From assembly GCA_002269645.1 (NCBI GenBank), contig NIVC01000788.1, positions 186,001 through 250,000 on the forward strand: a stretch of 64,000 bases of DNA. The letters are read 5' to 3'. Of this stretch, positions 13,665 to 25,400 are shown in pieces. Position 1 is the stretch's first letter. The number at the start of each line of letters is the position of its first letter. This stretch comes from Macrostomum lignano. Lineage: Eukaryota. The notes beneath the pieces were generated by a model. It had not been told where the DNA came from, did no database searches, and saw nothing but the letters and a program-made list of their open reading frames with translations. A program made the position numbers and the translations under genes.

Positions 13665-13800
13665 AGGACCTGCACCGGAGCGGTTACGAAAATTAGATTT
13701 CTCGGTAGTTGCTCGCACTCTTTTGCACTACTTGAGTAGTCTGATTTTCGTTCGGCATGGCTGGTTCCAGCAGGTAGTTCCTCTGGATAAAAGCGCTTAC

Positions 13801-13871
13801 CGCGCCCATTGGCTTTCCAGCTGCCTTAATCGTTTCCGGTGATCTTGTGTGCGTGCTTTCAGCTTGATTGG
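13801..13871 (-). other. Candidate 5' exon of the GPCR transcript, carrying ATG GGC GCG at its 3' end
   Basis: Acceptor cttgcttgccgcag and donor GCG|gtaagc. A downstream acceptor tttctcag at 13005-6 precedes the GPCR ATG. Confidence 0.45.
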
Positions 13872-14696
13872 CTGCGGCAAGCAAGCTCGAAAGAGCTCGC
13901 TTCGCTCGCTCTTTCTCGCTATCTACTATCTATCTATCTACCCCTGTCTATCTATCTATCTCTAGATCTCTAGATATCTAGAGATATCTATCTATCTATC
14001 TATCTATCTAGTGCTCATCATCAAAGTTAATTAGGCATCCGGTAATATCAAAAGGTAAATAAAGATGCACTTGGAAAACCTTAAACCGGACGCGAACTCA
14101 ATGTATGCAGTTCTAGCTAGTATATGACCTACCCATTTGTCAATGAGCGCAGAGCCAACTTATCCAGACAGCAGTCCAGTGTCACAATAGCCAGGGGTTT
14201 AGCTTAGCAACTTTTGCTATGCTTTTTGATGCACTTTCACTACTACCTGCAATTCAAGCTTCACTCGACTCTCTCTCTCTCTCTTTGCTGAGAGCTCAGA
14301 TCGATATTCCGCTCACACAAGCCAAATGTGCGTCGCCGCTGCCTCTCCAAACAGTCCCCCCTCACGCAGTCTCCGCCTACGGGCCTGCCTCATCCATCAC
14401 GGATTCTGGAGGCACTCAGCGTCGCTTGGCTTCATCACCTTCGGCTCGATTGCCTGTTTATTCCCCAGCTGAGCCGCTCTCTCACGAACTAGATGAAAGA
14501 CGAGGCGGTGAATTAGCGGACTTAAGCCCCGCTTAAGCCGAGAAAAAGCCCGGCTGCTCAAACATCAGACTAATAAATCCGTGCTGTTGAGAGCTCTCGA
14601 CAGTCAGGCAGCAGGAGTCCGTCAGCAAAGCTCGCACGCGACTGAGAGAGCTGAGTGGAATTTAACCGGCTGGGAAATGGCGCCTCTGTAACCGAC

Positions 14697-15277
14697 TCAT
14701 GGCGCCACAATAACAGACCCCATAGCGCTACAATAACAGACCCCATGGCGCTACAATAACAGACCCCATGGCGCCACAATAACAGACCCCATGGCGCCAC
14801 AATAACAGACCCCATAGCGCCACAATAACAGACCCCATGGCGCTACAATAACAGACCTCATAGCGCCACAATAACAGACCCAATTGCGCCACAATAACAG
14901 ACCCCATGGCGCCACAATATTAGACCCCATGGCGCCACAATAACAGACCCCATAGCGCCACAATACCAGACCCCATGGCGCCACAATAACAGACCCCATG
15001 GCGCCACAATTACAGACCCCATAGCGCCACAATAACAGACTCCATGGCGCCACAATTACATATCCCATGGCGCCACAATATCAGACCCCATAGCGCCAAA
15101 ATACCAGACCCCATGGCGCCACAATATTAGACCCCATGGCGCCACAATAACAGACCCCATGGCGCCACAATAACAGACCCCATGGCGCCACAATAACAGA
15201 CCCATGGCGTCACAAATACAGACCCCATGGCGCTACAATAACAGACCCCATGGCGCCACAAATACAGATCCCATGGT
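14697..15277. repeat. Minisatellite, 23-bp atggcgccacaataacagacccc
   Basis: Tandem periodicity. Confidence 0.96.
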
Positions 15278-15319
15278 ACCCAGAAATCGAAGCAGCAGAC
15301 AGAAGCACAAAGGACTTAC

Positions 15320-15556
15320 AGTAGCCACAAAAGCAGCAAGGTTAGCAACAGATTGCAACAACTGTTTGAGAAGCTAACAAAATCTCTTTACGCATAAATT
15401 CTGGCTCAGCAACAAGGAATTTTTCCGTCAGATTTGTCAGCGTCTCTCCGTATTGAACAGCCGCTATTTCTCCCCCTGATTCCTCTCGCTGCCCTCGTCT
15501 TATTCGCAAAGTCAATGCATTGCAAGTTGTCCTTAAGCCACAGATCCCAACGATTG

Positions 15557-15608
<52 letters not shown>

Positions 15609-15650
15609 CGTCTTGCCCATTCCTTCGGGAGGCTCGGCTCACCCACCTGT
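15320..15650 (-). other. Candidate first (5' UTR) exon of the GPCR with a (GA)n tract; upstream boundary unknown
   Basis: Consensus donor ACT|gtaagt at 15318-9, in unique sequence upstream of the GPCR. Confidence 0.3.
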
Positions 15651-15877
15651 CTTGTTTCAAGGCTAATGGCGAGGTTCCAAGATCTGGGCCGGCAGCTACT
15701 GATAACGGAATGTGGGGTTTCGGTTTGTTTGGCTACGGTCCGGTCGATTTTGTTGCTAGCTGCTGTCTCACAGATAATTGATCTGTGATTAGCAAGGATT
15801 TACGGGATGGAGAATGCGCCTAAGTTGCTTTGATGACAGGCACCCCAGTTGGGCGCTAAGCTTCTTGTTCTTATTAG

Positions 15878-16100
15878 TGGCGGGGGGTTGTGCGCACCCT
15901 GGCGCACTTCAAGCGACATTGTCACACAACCGGCGAGAGGCATTGCTCTCTATTCCGTCGACTCCCCTGAGAAGGCACACAAGCGCGCGGATACGTACGC
16001 AGTCATACGCACAGGCACACACTCACACAGGAGTGTAAAGCGGTCCAACTTTATTTATCGGTAGGCATGTACACTTCATGCTTTGGGGGTTGGCCCTTAA
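15878..16100 (-). mobile_element. SINE family A, copy 2 (head missing; abuts the 35-bp array)
   Basis: Shares cacaaccggcgagaggcattgct...gggggttggccctt with the other copies. Confidence 0.75.
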
Positions 16101-16102
16101 CT

Positions 16103-16655
16103 GAAAATCTAATGTCAAAGATAGCGCCATTTCAAATGCAAATCTAATGTCAAAGATAGCGCCCATTTCAAATGCAAATCTAATGTCAAAGATAGCGCCC
16201 ATTTCAAATGCAAATCTAATGTCAAAGATAGCGCCATTTCAAATGCAAATCTAATGTCAAAGATAGCGCCATTTCAAATTCAAATCTAATGTCAAAGATA
16301 GCGCCATTTCAAATGCAAATCTAATGTCAAAGATAGCGCCCATTTCAAATGCAAATCTAATGTCAAAGATAGCGCCGATTTCAAATGCAAATCTAATGTC
16401 AAAGATAGCGCCGATTTCAAATGCAAATCTAATGTCAAAGATAGCGGCCTTTCAAATGCAAATCTAATGTCAAAGATAGCGCCATTTCAAATTCAAATCT
16501 AATGTCAAAGATAGCGCCATTTCAAATGCAAATCTAATGTCAAAGATAGCGCCATTTCAAATGCAAATCTAATGTCAAAGATAGCGCCATTTCAAATGCA
16601 AATCTAATGTCAAAGATAGCGCCATTTCAACTGCAAATCTGATGTCAAAGATGGC
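16103..16655. repeat. Minisatellite, about 35-bp aaatctaatgtcaaagatagcgccatttcaaatgc
   Basis: Tandem periodicity. Confidence 0.96.
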
Positions 16656-17424
16656 GCCCAAAGGTTTGCTCGAGCGGAGTCAAAATTGTCCCGACCACTG
16701 AAATAATTTCATGACATTGAAGCCCTTTAAACCTATTCAACAGGACTATTAGCAATAGCATGAAAAGTGAAAGCAAAAAAGCGAAACGAACAGTGTTTTG
16801 GAGCAGCAGCATCAGCCTTCTCTCCTCGCTCTGAAACTTGAGCGCCAGTCGCCAACCTGAGTGGCTGAGCAGTGCATGCGACGCCCCCCCCCCAAACCGC
16901 CGCTCTCTCTCCCAGAGGCAGAATCGTCTCTATTTCCTGAACGATCGGGCCAGCTAACCCAAATCGCCTTCGATAGCCGGAAGTCTCTGGGAGCACAGGG
17001 GGGGGGGCGACCTTTTCCCAGCAATGCAATATTTTTCGGTTGCAGGAGTGTTTGCCCTCGGAATGACCTAGCCTCTATAGGAGCTGAATAGTGCCTGTGT
17101 GATCCTTTTATTTTGCCTGGCTGGCTGGAGATTTTCCTCGGATTTGAGTGCTTCTTGTTCTGCTGCTGTTTGACTAGTTCAGGCTGTTTCGCCTCTTTGA
17201 AGCTTGGGAGACCCATTTAACGAGGACACGATGACAAAGTCAGGGCCGCGCGCTGTACACCATGTGAGAGCGTGTGCGTTTCCGGGTGTCAACGGAATGA
17301 ACATTCTCACTGTACGCCGTGGGACTTGGGCCTCATGGGCGCGGAATTTAACCAATGGTACTCTCAGGACTCTGTTTGGAGTGCTACAAGAGTCTGACAA
17401 GGAGACAGGACGGACAAAAGCAGA

Positions 17425-17459
17425 CACAGAAAGACAGACAGACAGACAGACGGACAGAA

Positions 17460-17548
<89 letters not shown>

Positions 17549-17599
17549 GGCAGACAGACAGACAGACAAACAGGCAGACAGACAGACAGACAGACAGGC

Positions 17600-17632
<33 letters not shown>

Positions 17633-17661
17633 GGCAGACAGACAGACAGACAGACAGGCAG

Positions 17662-17736
<75 letters not shown>

Positions 17737-17739
17737 GGC

Positions 17740-17776
<37 letters not shown>

Positions 17777-17908
17777 GGCAGACAGGCAGACAGACAGACA
17801 GACAGACAGACAGACAGGCAGGCAGACAGACAGGCAGACAGGCAGGCAGACAGACAGGCAGACAGGCAGGCAGACAGACAGGCAGACAGACAGACAGACA
17901 GACAGACA
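17425..17908. repeat. (AGAC)n/(AGGC)n microsatellite
   Basis: Seen directly. Confidence 0.97.
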
Positions 17909-18840
17909 CGGGGACAAAAGCCTTGGCACAGACAGTCGCAGCCCCAAGTGTATTTGCACAAGGGAAAAGCTCTGTAGAACTGTCAGTCAAGCCCTGCAAT
18001 ACTTTCAGGCTCCGCACTGAATGCACGGCCGGAACTGATAAGATCCAGATGAACAGCGGATTGCAGTACTCGTAATCTATCGGCAGAAATCCCTAAAAAT
18101 AGCTGATTAAAAACGGGTTCGTGACACAGCAGCGCCGAACTGCCCGGGACATGTCAACCTCCCCCATCTGTCGAATTCGAGCTACCATTTTCTTATCGGA
18201 ATCTCGGAGTAAAAACAGCAGACTGGCATTTTTCCTGTAGCCAGAAGTGGCTTCACATTGCTTGTCTGAATATAACTGGGGTTTGCTATACTTTGAAATC
18301 GAATAGATCTTTATGGGATGCACCTCAGCCTGATGGTGAATAGGAAAAGACCAGAATCTCAGCAGCCATTTGGAGGTACAGATGCAGCTGCGGATGTACT
18401 TATTGGTTGAACAGAATGCTTCCGTGCTGAGACCAGATAAAGAAGTCTTTTCCCCATTAGTCAATAGATGGGCATCGAGCTTCAGCTGATTTCTTTCCCG
18501 CATGGCCGATCACCCGAAAGAAACGATATTGGCCAGGCGAGCAGACAGGTAGGGCAAGCGTCAAGTTTCAGTTCAGTCGATGCAATGCAGTGAATAAGCA
18601 TTCATGCAGCAGTTTACCCGTTTGTGAAAAAAAGAGAAATACGTTTTCGGTTGAATTATTTTTCAGCCGATGCTGTAACTTATCCCATTTGCTCAACTTT
18701 CTTTATGATGCTAATGAGGTAAACAGAATTCGATTTGAAAAAAACAAGTTTGGGAATTTTTAGTATTGTATGAATTCAAAAGTTTCTTTCTGCTATTTAA
18801 ATCTTGCAAATAGGTTTCAACCTAGCTTAAAATATATGCC

Positions 18841-19110
18841 AGCCAATCAGATCGTGTCGCACTCCAATGAAATCTCTACCCTAGCCCAGCACGTGACTCC
18901 TGGACAGCCAATCAGATCGTGCCGCACTCAATTGAAATCTCTACCCTAGCCCAGCACGTGACTCCTGGACAGCCAATCAGATCGTGCCGCACTCAATTGA
19001 AATCTCTACCCTAGCCCAGCACGTGACTCCTGGACAGCCAATCAGATCGTGCCGCACTCAATTGAAATCTCTACCCTAGCCCAGCACGTGACTCCTGGAC
19101 AGCCAATCAC
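18841..19110. repeat. 65-bp array of about 4 units, each with AGCCAATCAG and CACGTGAC
   Basis: Unit starts at 18841, 18906, 18971, 19036 and 19101. Confidence 0.95.
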
Positions 19111-19729
19111 ATTCGGCCGCATTCAATCACATTAATTTACGAGTATCAGGCATTCTTAAGCTAAGCGGTCAACAGAAACTGCGTTCCAATATTAAAAATA
19201 TCAAGCACATTATTTTAGATGAAAGTCCCAAATATTTTACGTTGAGCTGCGTAGAGGTGGCACGTAACCACGTGAGCTGAATGAATTGGGTCTCCATAAG
19301 CCCCGCCCCAGTACGCTCACCAATCCATCATTGCACGGCTATGACGAAATCTCTAAACAGCTTGGCAACCGCAGTGTATCCTAGAAAATATTGAATGAAA
19401 TCCGAAGCGCGCAGGAGAGAGTTAGGCAGGACGCTGTTTGCCTGATTAATTATTAATTAGGAATTCAGGCACAAACAATTGGCCTCTCAAAGTTAGCGGA
19501 ATATCAGCAGCCACTTACTATAACATGAAGCCATTTTATTGGCTCCAGCGGCTCAGCTTACATAAAAAGTTCACGTCCTTGAAAATCTTCCTGTGTTTAC
19601 CGCTGCATCGACACGGTTTTATAGTGTTCTTCTTTCATTTGCCTGTCCCAGGCAAAGAAGTTCCGTCAAATAGCGCATCTTTCACTACCTCATGTCCTTC
19701 GCTGTCCTTGCGGAGGGCGCTGCGCTTTG

Positions 19730-20598
19730 GGAAGATGCTGAGATGTCACGTCTCATGGGGGAATTGCTGAGATGTTTAAAACTCATGGGGGAATTGCTGA
19801 GATGTTTAAAACTCATTGGGGAATTGCTGAGATGTTTAAAACTCATGGGGGAATTGCTGAGATGTTTAAAACTCATGGGGGAATTGCTGAGATGTTTAAA
19901 ACTCATGGGGGAATTGGTGAGATGTTTAAAACTCATTGGGGAATTGCTGAGATGTTTAAAACTCATGGGGGAATTGGTGAGATGCTTAAAACTCATGGGG
20001 GAATTGCTGAGATGTTTAAAACTCATGGGGGAATTGCTGAGATGTTTAAAACTCATTGGGGAATTGCTGAGATGTTTAAAACTCATGGGGGAATTGCTGA
20101 GATGTTTAAAACTCATCGGGGAATTGCTGAGATGTTTAAAACTCATGGGGAATTGCTGAGATGTTTAAAACTCATGGGGAATTGCTGAGATGTTTAAAAC
20201 TCATGGGGAATTGCTGAGATGTTTAAAACTCATGGGGGAATTGCTGAGATGTTTAAAACTCATGTGGAATTGCTGAGATGTTTAAAACTCATGGGGGAAT
20301 TGCTGAGATGTTTAAAACTCATGGGGGAATTGCTGAGATGTTTAAAACTCATGGGGGAATTGCTGAGATGTTTAAAACTCATTAGGGAATTGCTGAGATG
20401 TTTAAAACTCATGGGGGAATTGCTGAAATGTTTAAAACTCATGGGGGGGATTGCTGAGATGTTTAAAACTCATTGGGGAATTGCTGAGATGTTTAAAACT
20501 CATGGGGGAATTGCTGAGATGTTTAAAACTCATGGGGAATTGCTGAGATGTTTAAAACTCATGGGGGAATTGCTGAGATGTTTAAAACTCATGGGGAT
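19730..20598. repeat. Minisatellite, 30-bp gaattgctgagatgtttaaaactcatgggg
   Basis: Tandem periodicity. Confidence 0.97.
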
Positions 20599-21359
20599 TG
20601 GTAGGCTAAGCATCAAAGGGAGAGTTAGGGTTAAGCCATGACTATAAGGGAGGCTTTGATGCCACCAGGGGATGCTGATATCTTAGCTAGATAGCTGCCT
20701 TTCATTAAGAAATCGTTAAGAGATTTCCCTTAAGAAACCAACAGTGACAGTACAAGGTTAAAAGCTTTCAACGTATATAAAAGTGAATTAAAATTAAATT
20801 AAAACAGGAATTTCAGCGCTTTCTGTGCAGCATCACGGTTAGAATAGCTGATGAAGAGTCAGGACCAGCAACTTTATTTCAGTAGAATCAGATACAGAAA
20901 CGATAAGATCAGTCCGTATGCTTATGGTCTGCTGACTATTAGAAAATACACACAGACAGGCGCAGCGAGAGCCAATAAATACGCATTTGGCTACTGGCAG
21001 TAGTGTGACAATGGACAAACTCACGGGAGGCAATTTAATGAAAAAATGTTCTGCTCGAAACTGTAAATTATAACTATTAACAATAGATGGAGCAAAAAGC
21101 TAATAGGGGATTCTAACATCAACAGTTTGCAAAAATGTGCATAATACAAAAAATGAAGTCAAAAAAATTTATAAAAAAGACACCAAAATGTGCATCTGTC
21201 ATAATGGCTGTATTCATTCAGTTTTACGGTACAAATCAAAATGAACTGAACAAATGGAAAATTGTTCTGTGAAAAAAACAAATATTGGACAAAATCAACT
21301 CATCTGTAACTTACTCTTTGTTTTCTCTCCTTTTGACTTTTGAGCTTTTCCGCATTTCT

Positions 21360-21400
<41 letters not shown>

Positions 21401-21409
21401 GCATCTTAG

Positions 21410-22172
21410 AACACCCCGTCTCTTTCTGCAGCCACCTCACTCCCTGCCCCAACACCCCAACTCTTCCTGCAGCCACCTCACTCCCTGCCCCAACACCCCA
21501 ACTCTTCATGCAGCCACCTCACTCCCTGCCCCAACACTCCAACTCTTCCTGCAGCCACCTCACTCCCTGCCCCAACACTCCAACTCTTCCTGCAGCCACC
21601 TCACTCCCTGCCCCAACACTCCAACTCTTCCTGCAGCCACCTCACTCCCTGCCCCAACACTCCAATTCTTCCTGCAGCCACCTCACTCCCTGCCCCAACA
21701 CCCAACTCTTCCTGCAGCCACCTCACTCCCTGCCCAACACTCCAACTCTTCCTGCAGCCACCTCACTCCCTGCCCCAACACCCAACTCTTCCTGTAGCCA
21801 CCTCACTCCCTGCCCCAACACCCAACTCTTCCTGTAGCCACCTCACTCCCTGCCCCAACACCCCAACTCTTCCTGCAGCCACCTCACTCCCTGCCCCAAC
21901 ACCCCGACTCTTTCTGCAGCCACCTCACTCCCTGCCCCAACACCCCGATTCTTCCTGCAGCCACCTCACTCCCTGCCCCAACACCCCAACTCTTCCTGCA
22001 GCCACCTCACTCCATGCCACAACACCCCAACTCTTCCTGCAGCCACTTCACTCCCTGCCACAACACCCCGACTCTTCCTGCAGCCACTTCACTCCCTGCC
22101 CCAACACCCCAACTCTTCCTGCAGCCACCTCACTCCCTGCCCCAACACTCCAACTCTTCCTGCAGCCACCTC
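21410..22172. repeat. Minisatellite, 41-bp cttcctgcagccacctcactccctgccccaacactccaact, just 3' of the CASK stop
   Basis: Tandem periodicity. Confidence 0.96.
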
Positions 22173-22296
22173 ATGGAAAGAGAGAGAAATACAGAGGCAA
22201 AAGTCGATGCCAAATCAAATTAACTAAAAATATGCAATAGTGACGCAAATTAAAAGAATACCTAGATATGCATGGAGTGTCAGACAGAGAAGCGTT

Positions 22297-22473
22297 TCAA
22301 TAAACCCAATTGACTGGCACCCATTGCGGCTTAGTCTGAACCTGGTCAATGCAGTGCTTCAGCTGGCTTATTGTCTCCTCGATGTCATTATTAACAATCT
22401 TCTGATCGAAATAGTGGCCGTAGTGCCGCTCTAAAAGTTCGCTTTCCTTGGCCAGGCGCTCCAGACTTCCGTC
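22297..22473 (-). CDS. CASK: CASK terminal exon ([14 protein letters not shown]...[10 protein letters not shown])
   Basis: Acceptor cttgtgcag. TGA at 22297-9. Confidence 0.97.
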   Translation of the reverse strand, partial: DGSLERLAKESELLERHYGHYFDQKIVNNDIEETISQLKHCIDQVQTKPQWVPVNWVY

Positions 22474-25400
22474 CTGCACAAGCGAAATTGATACTTGATG
22501 ATCAGGTCAGTGTCTCCTGACTGAGGGGACAATAGTGTATCAATAGTAAAAGTTTTACGGCACTCACATTGAGCCCGTGCACGTCGCTCATGGCGCTGAG
22601 CTCCGGGGCGGCAATGAACACAACGTAGGGCGCAAATTCTGCCGTTCGAAGCACGCGCAACGCCTGCGGCTCCACGTCGAGAATAGCGATGCGACCCTGC
22701 CGGTGAATGTCCCGGATGGTATCCAACTTGGTGCCGTACATGGCGTCCTCATGGGTGCCGTACTCCAGGTACTCGTTGTTGGTTATATCGCGCATCATCT
22801 CCTCACGTCCGACAAAATAATAGCTGCGACCATTCACCTCCCCTTTGCTGGGCAGTCGGGTCGTGTCTGCGGGTTGGGGAGGGCATTTAAGTTCAGCGAT
22901 TTTAAACGACAGTTAAAGACAGAGGACAGTTGCGCAGGGTTGGCAACCAATCAGAATCAGTGGTGAGGAGGGGGTTGGCAACCAATCACAATCAGTGGTG
23001 AAGAAGTGGCTGGCAACAAATCAGAATCAGTGGTGAAGAAGTGGCTGGCACCAATCAGAATCAGTGATGGGGGAGGGGGTTGGCAACCAATCAGAATCAG
23101 CGGTGTTGAGGTGGCTGGCAACCAATCAGAATCAGCGGTGGGAGGTGGCTGGTAACAACCAATCAGAATCAGCGGTGGGGAGGTGGCTGGCAACCAATCA
23201 GAAATAGCGGTGGGGAGGTGGCTGGTAACAACCAATCAGAATCAGCGGTGGGGAGGTGGCTGGCAACCAATCAGAATCAGCGGTGGGGGGTGCGCTGGCA
23301 ACCAGTCAGCAGCCGGAAGTCTCACGCGGAATCGGATACGCGAAGCGGTCAGGCGCAGTCTGTATGAGCGTATTTTTGATGTGCCGCCTGCCAACTCCAT
23401 GAGCCCCCAGCAGCACCAGAGTCTTCCGCCGGAAGTTGGTCAGCCGCACCACCTCTTCGTAGGTGACCATCTCCAGCTGGTCGTAGGGAGTCGGCGCCGA
23501 TGCTGATGACGCCGCAGTGGACGAGGCGGCAAGGCCCGAGCCCGAGGCGTGCTTGCTGCGCGACTTGCCGCCGCCTCCGCCGCCGCCGCCGGAGCGCCAG
23601 CCGTGATGTCGACGGCCGAACGAGAAAAACGGCAGGCCAGAACAGTTCAAAGCGCTGTCGAGCTTCTTGGAGCGCTCGATGGCGCTGCAGGCGGTGCGCC
23701 ATTCTTGCAGCTCCGGCGAGGGGATCAGGCTGGCCGGCGTGTTGGCCGGTGCGTTCCACGACCGAGCCTGCGAAAATGGCGCGGCGGAGTCAGTAGGGTA
23801 GAGAGTAGAGTGGATTAGTAGGGTAGAGAGTAGAGTGGATCAGTAGGGTAGACGGTAGAGTGAGTCAGTAGGGTAGAGAAGAGGGGTCAGTAGGGTAGAC
23901 GGTAGAGTGGGTCAGTAGGGTACAGAGAAGAGTGGGTCAGTAGGGTAGAGGGTAGAGTGGATCAGCAGGGTAGAGAGAAGAGTGGATCAGTAGAGAGAAG
24001 AGTGGATCAGTAGAGAGAAGAGTGGATCAGTAGGGTAGACGGTAGAGTGGGTCAGTAGGGTAGAGAGTAGAGTCAATCAGTAGAGTAGAGAGAAGAGTGA
24101 ATCAGTAGGTTAGATGGTAGAGTAGGGTAGAGAGTAGATTGGATCAGTAGGGTAGAGAGTAGAGTGGATCAGTAGGGTAGAGAGAAAAGTTGATCAGTAG
24201 GGTAGAGATTAGAATGGGTCAGTAGGGTAGAGAGTAGAGTGGGTCAGTAGGGTAGAGAGTAGAGTATATCAGCAGGGTAGAGAGTAGAGTGGATTAGTAG
24301 GGTAGAGAGTAGAGTGGATCAGTAGGGTAGACGGTAGAGTGAGTCAGTAGGGTAGAGTAGAGGGATCAGTAGGGTAGACGGTAGAGTGGGTCAGTAGGGT
24401 AGAGAGTAGAGTGGATCAGCAGGCTAGAGAGTAGAGTGGATTAGTAGGGTAGAGAGTAGAGTGGATCAGCAGGGTAGAGAGTAGAGTGGATCAGCAGGCT
24501 AGAGAGTAGAGTGGATTAGTAGGGTAGAGAGTAGAGTGGATCAGTAGGGTAGACGGTAGAGTGGGTCAGTAAATTTAGAACAGATTCAGTTGCTGACCTG
24601 CCACCAGTTGTGATCGTCCTTGCTGATGACCTGCAGGATGTCGCCAACCCGGAAGCGGATGCCAGCCTGGGGGCAGGGGTTCAATTCGTCGTCGTCCGGA
24701 TTGTAGCTGAACATGGCCTTCACGTAGATCTGCGGGTTAATAGAGGAAATCAGAATAACTAGCACCAGAGCAGCCACGGAACTTCACCATTCACGGTTTG
24801 TGAAGCTTGGGGATTGTGAAGCTTGGGGATTTGAAGCTTGGGTTTGGGAAGTTAAGGAATCTTGAAGTTTGGGGATTGTGAAGATTAGGGATTAGAAGCT
24901 TGGGGATTTGAAGCTTGGATTTGGGAATTTTAGGGATCGTGAAGCTTGGATTTGGGGAGTTAAGGAATCTTGAAGCTTGGGGATTTGAAGCTTGGGTTTG
25001 GGAAGTTAAGGAATCTTGAAGCTTGGGGATTGTGAAGATTAGGGATTAGAAGCTTGGGGATTTGAAGCTTGGATTTGGGAAGTTTAGGGATCGTGAAGCT
25101 TGGGGATTTGAAGCTTGGGGATTTGAAGCTTAGGGATTTGAATCTTGGGCTTGGGAAGTTTAGGGATTGTAAAGTTTGGGTTTGGTAAGTTTGGGGATTG
25201 TGAAGCTTGAGGATTTTGAAGCTTAGGTGTTTGTTTCAAATAGTAACAATAGCAGCGAAATATAATAATAAATTTTTACCTCGCACTGCATCGGGTGATT
25301 CCGGTAGCTGGGCACAATTTTGAGCGTTACACTGCCTCTGGCCTCCTTCTGCAATCAATTGATAACACCCAGCAGGTGCAGCAGGTGCAGTAGTAAGTTT

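Noticed and set aside
18093-18503. 136-aa non-repetitive ORF
   Set aside because: No recognisable motif, no convincing splice context and no coding-like GC bias.
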